Shown: one piece after another, positions 18,700 to 29,195 of the stretch
How the letters are laid out: every line of letters begins with the position of its first letter
Position numbering within the stretch: position 1 is the first letter of the stretch
Origin: Candidatus Nomurabacteria bacterium
Lineage (GTDB): Bacteria; Patescibacteriota; Minisyncoccia; Phycocordibacterales; UBA5272
Assembly (NCBI GenBank): GCA_028286645.1
Contig: JAQBRF010000002.1
Span: forward strand, 58,518-122,517
Reading direction: 5' to 3'
Length of the DNA: 64,000 nt
Program-made: the position numbers and the translations under genes
The notes under the pieces: model-generated
What the model was told of the DNA's origin: nothing
Databases searched by the model: none
The model's input: only the letters and a program-made list of their open reading frames with translations

Positions 18700-19529
18700 T
18701 GGCAGGCAAAAGTGGAAATAAGAAGATTGGTGTTTTTGATTCAGGATTTGGCGGTTTAGATATTCTAAAAGGAATCACCAAAGAAAACCCTTACTATGAA
18801 TACATATATCTGGGAGATACAGCTCGAAGTCCGTATGGTACTAGAACTCAGGAAACAATTTATACATTTACAACCCAAGCAATAGACTTTTTCTTTGAAA
18901 ATGATTGTGCACTAGTAATACTTGCCTGCAACACCGCTTCAGCAGAAGCTCTCAAAAAGATTCAGGAAGAGTATTTACCACAAAAATATCCTGGGAAGAA
19001 AGTCTTAGGAGTTCTCATTCCTGCCATTGAAGAAGCAATTGAGAAATCCAAAAATAAAAGAATCGGCATCGTTGCTACTAAATCAACCGTAGAATCAGGT
19101 GCATTTACTAGAGAAATAAATAAGAGAGACAAAAGTATTAAAGTATTTGAACAGGCCTGCCCGCTTCTTGTGCCAATAGTAGAAGCTGGGGAACAAAACC
19201 ATCCTGCGACAAAATTAATAATAGAAGGATATTTAAAAAATCTTAAGAAGAAAGAAATAGATACATTGATTCTAGGCTGCACTCATTATGGACTGCTGGA
19301 AAATAAAATAAAAAAAGAATTAGGCAAAGGGATACGCATCATTTCTGAAGCGCGGATTGTGCCTAAGAAGCTAAAAGAGTATCTACAAAACCATCCTGAA
19401 ATTGAAAAGACTCTTTCGAAGAAAAAGAAAGCTGAATTCTATTCAACTGATCTTTCAGAATCCTTTTGCCGTTTAGGAAGCATCTTCTTTGGTGAAAAAA
19501 TAAAAGCAAAAAAAATTACTTTAGAATAG
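18699..19529 (+). CDS. murI: Glutamate racemase
   Basis: IGVFDSGFGGL, LACNTASA and GCTHYGLL motifs. Confidence 0.9.
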   Translation: MAGKSGNKKIGVFDSGFGGLDILKGITKENPYYEYIYLGDTARSPYGTRTQETIYTFTTQAIDFFFENDCALVILACNTASAEALKKIQEEYLPQKYPGKKVLGVLIPAIEEAIEKSKNKRIGIVATKSTVESGAFTREINKRDKSIKVFEQACPLLVPIVEAGEQNHPATKLIIEGYLKNLKKKEIDTLILGCTHYGLLENKIKKELGKGIRIISEARIVPKKLKEYLQNHPEIEKTLSKKKKAEFYSTDLSESFCRLGSIFFGEKIKAKKITLE

Positions 19530-19536
19530 ACCTATT

Positions 19537-19800
19537 TTAATGGTAAAGAGCTTGCTCAGCTTCTTGCAGAGCTTCTTCTCTATTTTTATCAAACTTATCT
19601 AGTATTTCGGGGTGAGAATTCACATATTCTCCAAAGATCTTAGCCTGTTCACTCATTGCAAAATCATTAAGACTTTTGTTGTGAGACTTTGCGAGAGCCA
19701 TCTGCATATATAGCTTATTTTGCAATCTTTTCTCAGGTGCGGTAAGAAAACTATCGAACTGAACATTCTCATCATTGCTAAAATGTTCCATGTTATTCAT
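19537..19800 (-). CDS. Hypothetical protein
   Basis: 87 aa ORF, no recognisable motif. Confidence 0.4.
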   Translation of the reverse strand: MNNMEHFSNDENVQFDSFLTAPEKRLQNKLYMQMALAKSHNKSLNDFAMSEQAKIFGEYVNSHPEILDKFDKNREEALQEAEQALYH

Positions 19801-20026
19801 ATTTTACTTCTCTTTTTAATCTGTCTTCTAACTTCCTTCCCAGCATTCTTCTGGCATCCCCTCTTCCACACACCCAAACTTCGTCTTTCCCGATCTTTGG
19901 CACCACCATATCAAGCGCTTCATTAATTGCTTTCGTAATTTCTTTTTCCATCAATCTCTTTCCAATAGGAATCAACTCGCCGTCAAAAGTTAAATAATCA
20001 TCTTCTATGCAAATGTGATGAATCAT
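19793..20026 (-). CDS. Hypothetical protein
   Basis: 77 aa ORF overlapping the downstream gene by 8 nt (operon). Confidence 0.4.
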   Translation of the reverse strand: MIHHICIEDDYLTFDGELIPIGKRLMEKEITKAINEALDMVVPKIGKDEVWVCGRGDARRMLGRKLEDRLKREVKYE

Positions 20027-20073
20027 AAGAGTAGTTTACAGTTATACGCTGCCCGTTGCCAGTGAACAATTTC

Positions 20074-20676
20074 TTAAAGAAAATACTTATATGCTATATA
20101 AAGTAAAATCAAACCGCCCAGGATAAGGATAGCGCGCTTGGTATGCTTTAAAATATACACACGTGCCTCATCGCCAAATTTATACGAAAAGTACGCCACT
20201 ATTCCGACTCTTATCAATCTCCCTAAGAAAAAAGCAATAATCACAACAATAAAATTTAACGAAAGCAGTCCCGACAGAAATGCAAATATCCTGTCAGGCA
20301 GCGGAGTAAAAGCCGCTAGAAACATTGATATGAATGTATTCTGATGAAGGATGATATCTGTGTAATGAGATATTGTTGCGCCTCCTAGCCATGAGTCAAA
20401 AAAACTTTTATATAAGTTATATAAAAACTTTCCTACTAAATATAAAATAGCCACTCCTGTTGCCGACCCTAGAGCAGAAATTAAACTTAAAACTTTCCAT
20501 GATACATCTTTCCTATAAGTTAATACCGCCGCTACGATTATCTCTGGAAGCAATGGAGAAATAGTTGCTTCAAGCAAAGCTACTATAAACACCGCCGTTT
20601 TAATCCAGGCATGGTGAACTATATACTTAATCCATCTATCAATTCTTCCGAGGGGCTTAGCGTAGTTTTGTTCCAT
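20074..20676 (-). CDS. DedA/VTT-domain-like membrane protein
   Basis: Multi-TM; FFLGRLIRVG...KFG resembles the DedA G-R/R-G motif (weak). Confidence 0.45.
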   Translation of the reverse strand: MEQNYAKPLGRIDRWIKYIVHHAWIKTAVFIVALLEATISPLLPEIIVAAVLTYRKDVSWKVLSLISALGSATGVAILYLVGKFLYNLYKSFFDSWLGGATISHYTDIILHQNTFISMFLAAFTPLPDRIFAFLSGLLSLNFIVVIIAFFLGRLIRVGIVAYFSYKFGDEARVYILKHTKRAILILGGLILLYIAYKYFL

Positions 20677-21043
20677 TTTTTAAATTATTACTTGGATTAA
20701 AAAGCGTAAAGTTCGCATCATCATTTGCCGCAAGGATCATTCCATTAGATTCGAGGCCTCTAATGATTCTCGGCTCTAAGTTTGTAACAAAGGGAAATTG
20801 TTTGCCTATTAATTCTTCAATGCTTATAAATTCTCGTATTCCTGAAAGAATCTGCCGGGGTGATTCTTCTCCCAGATCAACTGAGAGCTTATAAAGCTTG
20901 TCCGCTCCTTCCACAATTTCCACAGAAAGAACTGTTCCTACTTTTATTTCTACTTTTGCAAAGTCTGCAATTGTTATTCTTTGTGCTTCCATATTACCCA
21001 TTTTCTCCATTACCCTCTTCTTCGACTTCTTCGTCTCCCTCAC
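20657..21043 (-). CDS. tRNA-binding domain protein (CsaA/Trbp111-like)
   Basis: DFAKVEIKVGTVLSVE...KLYKLSVDLGEE...RQILSGI motif of the MetRS C-terminal-like OB fold. Confidence 0.75.
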   Translation of the reverse strand: MRETKKSKKRVMEKMGNMEAQRITIADFAKVEIKVGTVLSVEIVEGADKLYKLSVDLGEESPRQILSGIREFISIEELIGKQFPFVTNLEPRIIRGLESNGMILAANDDANFTLFNPSNNLKNGTKLR

Positions 21044-21452
21044 CCTCCTCTTCCGCTATTCCAGGACCATTAGTTTTATCTAAATATCTTTGCAAAATAA
21101 TAGCAGCAGCCTGATCGTCTACTTCGTGTGACCCTTCCTTTCCTGGCTGCTTGCGAGCTTCCATACTTGAATACCACTCCTTTTCAAAGGCGACCCTGAC
21201 ATCTATCGCTTTCTCTATGTCGACACCAAACTTTCTGGCCTGCTTCGCAATTTCATTGGGCTTTCCTTTTTGGTCTACGCTTTCCCCGATAACGACAGTA
21301 GTAAATTTCATGGCCCGTATCAATTCCAAAGTATCTTTCAGAAGATTTTTATCATTAGGAGAAATCATCAGAGGAAATGCGAGCATTCCCTCGTCGTCTG
21401 ACTGCGCAAATCCTACCTTCTTCGATCCGTAATCGATTCCTAAATATTTCAT
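20994..21452 (-). CDS. ruvX: Holliday junction resolvase-like RuvX/YqgF with acidic C-terminal tail
   Basis: MKYLGIDYGSKKVGFAQSD N-terminus; EEEGEGDEEVEEEGNGENG tail. Confidence 0.85.
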   Translation of the reverse strand: MKYLGIDYGSKKVGFAQSDDEGMLAFPLMISPNDKNLLKDTLELIRAMKFTTVVIGESVDQKGKPNEIAKQARKFGVDIEKAIDVRVAFEKEWYSSMEARKQPGKEGSHEVDDQAAAIILQRYLDKTNGPGIAEEEGEGDEEVEEEGNGENG

Positions 21453-21493
21453 TTAGTTAGTATACAAAAAAATTATTATATACCCAACAATTG

Positions 21494-22276
21494 CTAGTTA
21501 GCCGAAGGATCTTGGCCTGTAACTTCTTTATATGTAAGATGCTTTATTGTAGTAGTTGCCATTTTTCCACGTATTCTTTCTTTTTCTGTATAAAGATACC
21601 CCGGCTGTTCATTATTTCTGTCAGACGGATCAAAGTCTTGGGTTATTTCTTTGGCTAATACATATTCTCCGTTTTCATAATGATAGACCTCGCTTGAATA
21701 AAGATCTCCTAATCCTCTCCATTTATCAAAGCTGGTGATTGTCCTTGCGTCTTTATCAAAAGAAGGATTTATTATGCCCGGAAGGGCAAGAACGAAGGCT
21801 TTAGTCTTAGGGTTATATACGTAATAATCCATTCGCATATTATATGCCCCTGAAGATGACAGTACTTCTAAATCTAATATTCCGTCGAAATTTATATCGT
21901 TAAATGAAAAAGGTGAAAATCCTGATACGCCGAATAATTCGGAATAAATAGTATTCTTAGCATTATCTGGCGCAGTAGTAAAATTCAATAAATGTATGAC
22001 GCTACTGGTTCCGCTCATTATATCGGCGTCCCCTTTTTCATCAATGAATATTTCTATGCGGTCTCCATTTTGCGAAAGAGGCTGTGTGCATAAAAATGGG
22101 AAATCATATTTTTCTTCACTGTTTACCATATCTTCACATACAAGCAAAGGCGTAGATGTTGCAGTATTTACTGCGGCAACATCAGACACTTTAGGCCTAA
22201 GGAAGAAACTGTATGCAATACCCCCTATTATTAATAGAGCGATAACCCCACCAGCTATTTTACCTATTTTATTCAT
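21494..22276 (-). CDS. Secreted/anchored hypothetical protein with FG-GAP-like DINFDGILD motif
   Basis: Track ORF trimmed: its N-terminus (MRFELTV...) is antisense to tRNA-Ser; true start MNKIGKIAGGVIALLIIGG. Confidence 0.5.
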   Translation of the reverse strand: MNKIGKIAGGVIALLIIGGIAYSFFLRPKVSDVAAVNTATSTPLLVCEDMVNSEEKYDFPFLCTQPLSQNGDRIEIFIDEKGDADIMSGTSSVIHLLNFTTAPDNAKNTIYSELFGVSGFSPFSFNDINFDGILDLEVLSSSGAYNMRMDYYVYNPKTKAFVLALPGIINPSFDKDARTITSFDKWRGLGDLYSSEVYHYENGEYVLAKEITQDFDPSDRNNEQPGYLYTEKERIRGKMATTTIKHLTYKEVTGQDPSAN

Positions 22277-22350
22277 GCCGTCAGTATATGATAAGTAAGG
22301 TTTAAAAGCGCGTGAAAATGTGATAGAGTATCGTAACAATCGAAAAATAC

Positions 22351-22437
22351 GGAGGAGTGGCAGAGTGGTCGATTGCACCTGTCTTGAAAACAGGAGTCTG
22401 AGTAATCGGACCGTGAGTTCGAATCTCACCTCCTCCG
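22351..22437 (+). tRNA. tRNA-Ser (TGA), long variable arm
   Basis: GGAGGAGTGGCAGAGTGGTCGATTGCA...cuUGAaa...GAGTTCGAATCTCACCTCCTCCG. Confidence 0.85.
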
Positions 22438-22528
22438 CAAAATAGGAAGTTCGTAAGAACGACCATATTTTGCGCAGTGCATTTCAAGGAGCGTAATCGC
22501 GACTATGAATATGCCTCCGCAAGATTAG

Positions 22529-23077
22529 GTGTGGTATTATTTAAAGACCAATATGTCATTTTTAGTTTTGGCTTATCCAAAGATATCAAAAGAAGATTTT
22601 GATTTTATACAAGCATACCGAAGGGAAAACGATCTTAAATTCTTTAATATTGTAAGCCCACATTTTACAATAGTCTTTTCGACAGATGGTCTTACAAAAG
22701 AAGAATTTGTAAATGAGATAAAAAATAAAGCTAAAGGGTTACAGAAGTTTAATTTTCATCTTAAGGTTGCAACAATAAATAAAGATAGCTTTGATTCTTA
22801 TTATCACGAATTTTTAGTTGCTGATACTGGTAATTCTGAAATAATAAAAATACATGACAAATTATACTCAGGCATACTTTTTAAAAATTTAAGGTTTGAC
22901 ATTGATTTCATACCGCATATCGGGATTGGAAATTCAGAAAATATTTTAGAATCAAAAAAGAGAGTCGACGAGTTAAATAAAAAAGATATATCCATTTTAG
23001 GCACGATAGATAAATTAGACATAGTCGAGTACACCGATAATAAAATAGAGACCCTCGAAGAAGTTTTACTGGATTAA
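22529..23077 (+). CDS. 2H phosphoesterase family protein (LigT-like)
   Basis: Two H-x-T/G-x motifs (PHFTIVF, PHIGIGN) about 90 aa apart. Confidence 0.6.
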   Translation: MWYYLKTNMSFLVLAYPKISKEDFDFIQAYRRENDLKFFNIVSPHFTIVFSTDGLTKEEFVNEIKNKAKGLQKFNFHLKVATINKDSFDSYYHEFLVADTGNSEIIKIHDKLYSGILFKNLRFDIDFIPHIGIGNSENILESKKRVDELNKKDISILGTIDKLDIVEYTDNKIETLEEVLLD

Positions 23078-23253
23078 TCTTTTTCATAAGCGTTACCGAA
23101 TCTCACCTCCACAAAATCGCGAGCGTATTCGCGACTAGGTTTTGTGGAGTATATTCAAGGAGCGTACCCGCGACTATGAATATGCCTCAACTGGCAGTTT
23201 TGAAAGACGGGTATTAAAATATCTTGTTTTAAGCTACATTTCAAAACGGAAAA

Positions 23254-24195
23254 GTGATAAAATGCAAGAACCCTGAAGAGATTCGGATTTCAACTGCAAT
23301 GAATTATGTACTCGGTTTTTTATTGGTTTTTCTAGAAAAGATAATCATTAGCATCTCTAATGTTTTTGATGGTGAATTATCTAGGACTACCTTTAAATCA
23401 GTTTGGACGATAGTCATCTTAAACGGTCTTCTGATACTTCCTGCTCTTCCAATAATCTTCCTTGTTTTAGAACCAAAAACGATAAGCGCTGGGCAAGTCT
23501 TCCTTATTCTACTAATTGCAGCAATCGAAGTTTTTTATCAAATTCCATATTATAAAGCCCTGCAAAGCACTGACACATCAGTTGTCGCTTCATTATTCGG
23601 ATTCGGCAGCATCTTTACTCCTGTATTCGCATACCTTATTATTCATGAAGTTCTTACTCCGGTACAATACATTGGTTTTACAATCATCGTGATTGCATCG
23701 ATTCTTGCTAGTTTTGATAGAAAAACTTTCAAAATCAATAAAGCTTTCTACTATATGGTTCCTGTTGCAATTCTTCTATCCTTTCAAGATGTAATCCAAA
23801 AAGCTGGACTTGAGCAAATAGATTGGAAGACATTTTATTTTTGGACTTTCGTTCTTTCTCTGCCATTTTATTTGCTCCTCTTATTAGTTATTCGCAGTGC
23901 TCGTACTGAAGTTTCTGATTTTCTTAAAAATCCTTTTAAGAAGAAATTTATTCCTCTCTACGGACAAAATTTAGCCTTATGGATAAGCGGAGGGCTTAGT
24001 ACTCTTGCGCTTTCTTTATTGCCAGTAACAATTCTAAAAGCTTTTGGGTCGTTTCATTCTCTGTTTGTTCATATGGTGGCTGTAATCGCTCCCAAGACAC
24101 TTAAAGTAAAGGGAGAGTCTTTTTCGTGGAAGAAGATTTACCTTTTCATTTTCATGGGCATCGGTATTGCACTTACCTTAGGCATTGGATTTTAG
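23254..24195 (+). CDS. Multi-pass membrane protein (about 10 TM; DMT/EamA-like permease possible)
   Basis: Hydrophobicity pattern only. Confidence 0.45.
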   Translation: MIKCKNPEEIRISTAMNYVLGFLLVFLEKIIISISNVFDGELSRTTFKSVWTIVILNGLLILPALPIIFLVLEPKTISAGQVFLILLIAAIEVFYQIPYYKALQSTDTSVVASLFGFGSIFTPVFAYLIIHEVLTPVQYIGFTIIVIASILASFDRKTFKINKAFYYMVPVAILLSFQDVIQKAGLEQIDWKTFYFWTFVLSLPFYLLLLLVIRSARTEVSDFLKNPFKKKFIPLYGQNLALWISGGLSTLALSLLPVTILKAFGSFHSLFVHMVAVIAPKTLKVKGESFSWKKIYLFIFMGIGIALTLGIGF

Positions 24196-24229
24196 TAGAT
24201 ATGAACACAACAAATGCTAAAATACACCC

Positions 24230-24991
24230 ATGAAGAAGGGTCCGCAAATCCTTATAGGGACTTCCGGCTGGCATTACAACCATTGGTTGGGCCTCTTTTA
24301 TCCTGAAAGCATTACCGGTTATAACGAGCTAACTCATTTCGCTAAGCATTTCAATACAGTAGAAAACAACTCTTCCTTTTATAGAATTTCAAAAGAATCC
24401 ACTTATAAAACCTGGAAGTCGAAAACTCCAGAAGGGTTTATCTTTTCACTTAAGTTAAATAAAATAATTACTCATATAAATCGCCTTAAGTTAACTGACG
24501 AAGTAAAGGAGAGGACGATTTACATTTTAAATTCCACCCAAGTTTTAGAAAGTAAACTAGGCTGTATTGTTATACAGCTTCCAGCGAGCTTTAAGCTAGA
24601 TGTTAAATTGCTTGAAAGTTATTTAAAATTTTTAGAGAAAGAAATAAAGAAATTAAAATATCCGCCGGATATCGCCATAGAATTCAGGAGGAAAGACTGG
24701 TTTATAGAGAAAGTTTTTACATTATTAAGAAAATATAACGCTGCTATCGTTGCCGCTCAATCCTCCCGATATCCCGACACAAGAGAGGTCACGGCAGACT
24801 TTATGTACATTCGTATGCATGGACCGGAAAAGTTATTTTCCTCATCGTATACAGATGAACAATTAAAAGAATGGGCTAAATACATTAAGAAATCTTCTAA
24901 GCGATTAAAGCGGGCATATGTTTACTTTAACAACGACTTTCATGGGTACGCGATTTCTAATGCTAAAAGATTGCAAGAATTACTATTATAG
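24230..24991 (+). CDS. DUF72 family protein
   Basis: N-terminal LIGTSGWHYNHWLGLFYPE is the DUF72 signature. Confidence 0.8.
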   Translation: MKKGPQILIGTSGWHYNHWLGLFYPESITGYNELTHFAKHFNTVENNSSFYRISKESTYKTWKSKTPEGFIFSLKLNKIITHINRLKLTDEVKERTIYILNSTQVLESKLGCIVIQLPASFKLDVKLLESYLKFLEKEIKKLKYPPDIAIEFRRKDWFIEKVFTLLRKYNAAIVAAQSSRYPDTREVTADFMYIRMHGPEKLFSSSYTDEQLKEWAKYIKKSSKRLKRAYVYFNNDFHGYAISNAKRLQELLL

Positions 24992-25047
24992 TTTTGTTCA
25001 TTCGGGAAATGCCTAAGTACCTAGATTCTTCTTGCTATAATTAAACC

Positions 25048-26286
25048 ATGAAAAAGACCTTATTTGTTTTCTTGGGCATCCTTATTATTATTGCTTTATT
25101 TTACTTTCTCAAAACTCCTACAAAAGAAATCTTGATCGGTAATAATTCAACAATTAAATTAAATATTGTACCGCCCTTAGAACTTGCACCCTACCCTGTT
25201 ACGCTTGCAAATGGGATTGCTTTTAATCTTAATATTCCTAAAGGGTATAAGCTTTTCCCTGCTGCAGAAGGATTTAAGAAAATTAGATTTATGAGCCTTA
25301 GCCCAGACGGGAGACTTTTTCTCACTGATACTTATGACCCAAATGATAACACAAAAGGTAAAGTTTATATTCTTAGTGATTTTGATACTACAACTCATAA
25401 GTACAAAACTATTTCAACTTATCTATCTGATTTGCGCAATCCAAACAGTGCAGCTTTTTATAAAGATAAAAATGGCGACACGTGGTTTTATCTTGCTCTA
25501 ACTGACAAGTTAATAAGATACAAATACACAGAAGGAGAAATGGCTCCGACCGCGGAACCGGAAACCCTTGCAACTTTTCCAGACTACGGCCTTGATTATA
25601 AAAGCGGGGGATGGCATTTAACTCGAACTATTGCGATACATAACGATAAAATATATGTATCAGTTGGCAGCAGCTGTAACGCTTGTGAAGAAAAAGAAAA
25701 TGAAATACGAGCAAGCATAGTTGAGATGAACCCAGACGGAACAAATCAAATCCTGTATGCCGCCGGATTAAGAAATGCTGTTGGAATCAAATGGGTAGGA
25801 GATGCGCTTTTCGCTACAGAAATGGGGCCAGACCATTTAGGAGATACTATTCCGGCAGATAAAATGTATAAGATAGAAGAAAGTAAAAATTATGGATGGC
25901 CATATTGCTACGAAGATAATAGCGGGGTGCGGCCCGATACTACGCAAAAATGGAAGAAGTCTTTTGACTGCAGCACTGTCCCCCTCTCCTTTGCGAAGTT
26001 TCTAGCCCATAGCGCCCCTCTTGGCTTTGAATACTTTGATTCAGATAGCCCGAGCGAGCTTCAAAATAGTTTTTTAGTGGCACTTCATGGTTCAGGAGAA
26101 ACACGAATTGATCATGGATATAGCATTGTGCAAGTAGGGCAAAATGGTGTAGCTCAAAACTTCATTAACGGGTTTTTACAAAATGGCAAGAGAGTGGCTA
26201 GGCCTGTTGATATATTCCAAAAAGATAAAAACTCTTTTCTCTTTAGCGATGATTTCGGCGGCGTCTTATATTACATAGAAAAGTAA
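25048..26286 (+). CDS. PQQ-dependent sugar dehydrogenase-like beta-propeller (soluble glucose/sorbosone dehydrogenase family)
   Basis: Signal anchor; NYGWPYC motif; repeated G-x-R-N / blade-like segments. Confidence 0.65.
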   Translation: MKKTLFVFLGILIIIALFYFLKTPTKEILIGNNSTIKLNIVPPLELAPYPVTLANGIAFNLNIPKGYKLFPAAEGFKKIRFMSLSPDGRLFLTDTYDPNDNTKGKVYILSDFDTTTHKYKTISTYLSDLRNPNSAAFYKDKNGDTWFYLALTDKLIRYKYTEGEMAPTAEPETLATFPDYGLDYKSGGWHLTRTIAIHNDKIYVSVGSSCNACEEKENEIRASIVEMNPDGTNQILYAAGLRNAVGIKWVGDALFATEMGPDHLGDTIPADKMYKIEESKNYGWPYCYEDNSGVRPDTTQKWKKSFDCSTVPLSFAKFLAHSAPLGFEYFDSDSPSELQNSFLVALHGSGETRIDHGYSIVQVGQNGVAQNFINGFLQNGKRVARPVDIFQKDKNSFLFSDDFGGVLYYIEK

Positions 26287-26401
26287 AGTTATCTATATTT
26301 TATTTGTCACAAATTCTTCATCTTATACGTTATATACTATATAAAGGCGATAAGGCCTTAAGTAGTTCAAAAAGTAATTATAAGCATTAATTTAAAGAAA
26401 T

Positions 26402-27244
26402 ATGTTAAAAAATAAGATAATAATAGGAATAGGAGCTCTTATAGCTGGTACAACTCTTGCCTTCGCATTAACAGGAGACACAAGCAGCAATGTATCAACA
26501 AATGGAACCGCGGGAAGCGGATCCGTATCCACTCAAGTTTCTGCAAGCTCTACAAGCGGAAATTCTAGTTCCACTACGACAAAGATGACTTCTTTAGTTA
26601 ATAAAGCGAATAAGGAAATCGACGGCCGTGTAGCCGCGCTTAACAAACTAAGAGCAAGAATAGATGGGCTAAAAAATCTTTCTGCAGATAATAAAGCCAG
26701 CCTTTCGGCCAATATTCAAAGCCAGGCAACTGCACTTACTAATTTAAAGTCAAAGATTTCTGGAGATACTGACATTATTACCGCTAAAGCAGACTTTTCT
26801 TCAATTGCGGGGTCATATAGAACATTTCTAGTGTCCCTCCCTACAGATGAAATAACCACAACAATCGATATGCGCTTGGGGCAGATAAATACCCTGGCGT
26901 CATCAACCGCTAACCTCTCGGCCCAGATTCAGACCGCACAGTCCGCAGGAAAAGACGTTACAGCTGCGCAAGCCAAACTCAATGATATGAATGCACGAAT
27001 CTCCGACGCCCAAGCACAGTACAAAGCAGCCATTAACTTGATCGCACCACTAACTCCAGATAATGGTGACAAGACAATAATGGCATCTAATAAGGCCGCG
27101 ATTAAACAAGCGCGTGCCAGCCTAAAAATCGCACTTAAGGATATACAGACCGCACAATCAGACTCCAAGAGTATTACAAGGGCTTTAAAAAAGCTTAATG
27201 TGACAGTAAACGCAACTTCTACGACAAACGTATCAACTCACTAG
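26402..27244 (+). CDS. Secreted Ser/Thr/Ala-rich coiled-coil protein
   Basis: Signal peptide then low-complexity heptad-like sequence. Confidence 0.5.
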   Translation: MLKNKIIIGIGALIAGTTLAFALTGDTSSNVSTNGTAGSGSVSTQVSASSTSGNSSSTTTKMTSLVNKANKEIDGRVAALNKLRARIDGLKNLSADNKASLSANIQSQATALTNLKSKISGDTDIITAKADFSSIAGSYRTFLVSLPTDEITTTIDMRLGQINTLASSTANLSAQIQTAQSAGKDVTAAQAKLNDMNARISDAQAQYKAAINLIAPLTPDNGDKTIMASNKAAIKQARASLKIALKDIQTAQSDSKSITRALKKLNVTVNATSTTNVSTH

Positions 27245-27377
27245 AAAATAGAACAAACTTAGAATTTTAAAGCGCCGAATCAGTTCGGCGCTTTAAAATA
27301 CCACGAATAGCTATATTGCCAAGGCGAAGTCATTAAAGTACACTTACCTGCAGAATTAAAAATAATTTATATAAAAA

Positions 27378-27893
27378 ATGGATCCCCTAAATAATACCCA
27401 AGCTCCCGTGCAAGTGCCAAAGCCTCCCGTTAAAGCTGATAGCGGTTTCGAAACTATTCAGAAGTTATTAATGGTATTTATATTCATTCTGACTGTAAGC
27501 ATGTTTTCATACTGGGGATACCAGGCGGTAATGTACATATTAAGCGCAAGCTTCGGAGTAGCAACAGGCTTTACTCCATACGATATGTTTATAGGAATAA
27601 TTGCCATGATCGCAAGTGCTTCGCTTTTCATCGGAAGCATAATGTGGTGGAATAAGCATCTTGGAGCATCAGGATTTCTAAAGTTCGGAGCTTCTGCTTT
27701 TATTATCAAGGACTTGCTTGAAATACCTAAAGCTATAGATCCTCTTACTAAACTAGAAATAGTTAACCGTTACGATCTTACATCTGCCGCAAGCGCTATA
27801 GGATACGACCTATTTAAAATAGGATTCTGGATTCTGACTCTATACATTTTCTCTTACGGCATAAAAAAGTATAAACAGTCGATGAGCGTATAA
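27378..27893 (+). CDS. Membrane protein (4 TM)
   Basis: Hydrophobicity. Confidence 0.5.
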   Translation: MDPLNNTQAPVQVPKPPVKADSGFETIQKLLMVFIFILTVSMFSYWGYQAVMYILSASFGVATGFTPYDMFIGIIAMIASASLFIGSIMWWNKHLGASGFLKFGASAFIIKDLLEIPKAIDPLTKLEIVNRYDLTSAASAIGYDLFKIGFWILTLYIFSYGIKKYKQSMSV

Positions 27894-27905
27894 TTTATTA
27901 TTCTT

Positions 27906-28268
27906 ATGGCAAATCAAGATGCCGTTGCTTATATAAGTCAACTATTAAGCCAGAAAGTCTCAAAAGAAGAAATAACACATAATTTGCTTGCAGAAGGTTG
28001 GAATGAGGGAGATATAAATAATGCATTTGCAGAAATAGAAAAGATAGCCATACCTGTACCTCCTCAGCCTCCAGTCACTTCAGAAAAACCACCAGTGGTG
28101 ATTATGATGCTCCCCGCGTCTTCCAATCATGTGTTTTGGAAAGTTACTGCAGCGGTTTTGGGGGCCGTATTAGTGCTGCTAATATTATTTATTGCTTGGG
28201 GATTTTATCTGAATGCCACCGACCCGCAAACATATGGAGTGAAGAAGTCGAATTTGGTCGTTGGTTAA
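27906..28268 (+). CDS. Membrane-anchored hypothetical protein
   Basis: C-terminal TM helix; Pro-rich linker. Confidence 0.45.
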   Translation: MANQDAVAYISQLLSQKVSKEEITHNLLAEGWNEGDINNAFAEIEKIAIPVPPQPPVTSEKPPVVIMMLPASSNHVFWKVTAAVLGAVLVLLILFIAWGFYLNATDPQTYGVKKSNLVVG

Positions 28269-28332
28269 TTAAATAAAACAGAAGGCTCGGTAAACCCACC
28301 GCTCTTTAACTTATCCTCCTAAGTCTTTTCTT

Positions 28333-28890
28333 TTGAGCGCTGCATATCATATAACGAAAGTTTTTAAAAGTTCTACAACAAATCAGATTGTGATAGAATT
28401 TTGTCTACGTATGCCAATCAAGGTTCCCTACTACAAACAATCCACAGACTATACATGCGGGCCAGCGAGCCTTCGCATGGTATTTGAGTACTTTGGAAAA
28501 AAACACACGGAGAAGGAGCTCGCGAAACTATTAAAAACTAATCCTAGAATCGGGACTCATACTGATAGCTTGGAACCATTTGTAAAAAGCCATGGATTTT
28601 ATACACACACGAAGAAAGGGTCAGCTTTGGAAGATTTGAAGCAATCTATATCAAAAGGGCACCCTGTAATAGTGGATTACTACATTCCAGAAACCAACGA
28701 AAGGCATTTATCTGTTGTAATTCATTATGATGATACTCATATAATAATGAACGATCCATGGAATGGTGAAGGATATAAAATCCTTACGGAAGAATTTAAG
28801 AAACAATGGGTATCAGAAAATAACCGCTATTCTTCCTGGATGATGAGTGTATCGGATAAACCAATTGTGTTAAACAAAGAAATTTTATAG
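28333..28890 (+). CDS. Peptidase C39-like (papain-fold Cys peptidase) stand-alone domain protein
   Basis: YKQSTDYTCGPASLRMVFEYFG matches the Q...CG.A.L.M catalytic-Cys region of C39 peptidases. Confidence 0.6.
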   Translation: MSAAYHITKVFKSSTTNQIVIEFCLRMPIKVPYYKQSTDYTCGPASLRMVFEYFGKKHTEKELAKLLKTNPRIGTHTDSLEPFVKSHGFYTHTKKGSALEDLKQSISKGHPVIVDYYIPETNERHLSVVIHYDDTHIIMNDPWNGEGYKILTEEFKKQWVSENNRYSSWMMSVSDKPIVLNKEIL

Positions 28891-29045
28891 ATGACCTCGT
28901 TTCTTATGCCATTAGCAGGGTATCTTTCTGCGTAATCAATTTATCTCCACAAGTTGATTCTGGGGCAGGGCAGGAATCGCTTCTCCTTTCACTCGAAACT
29001 GCGGATTTTAACAGATTGATTACGGTCTAAAAAATCCGTAGCCTT

Positions 29046-29145
29046 CGGTTCGATTCCTGCCGAGGGCTGCATATGTGAAAAGAAAAAACCACTTAATAAA
29101 ATAAATGGTTTTTTCTTTTCATGTGCCCTCGGCAGGAATCGAACC
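29046..29145. repeat. Long (~45-bp arms) inverted repeat made from the tRNA-Arg 3' end and its downstream palindrome
   Basis: ggttcgattcctgccgagggc...gaaaagaaaaaacca (29046..29091) mirrors 29106..29145; extra fragment gggcagggcaggaatcgc at 28963..28980. Confidence 0.7.
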
Positions 29146-29195
29146 TGCATCGCAAGTACCGCAAACTTGAATTCTATCCATTGAACTACGAGAGC
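29124..29195 (-). tRNA. tRNA-Arg (GCG)
   Basis: Reverse complement GCTCTCGTAGTTCAATGGATAGAAT...uuGCGgu...GCAGGTTCGATTCCTGCCGAGGGCA. Confidence 0.7.

Noticed and set aside
22302-22487. ORF 22302..22487 (-) and the first 51 codons of ORF 21494..22429
   Set aside because: Antisense to tRNA-Ser(TGA); artefactual.
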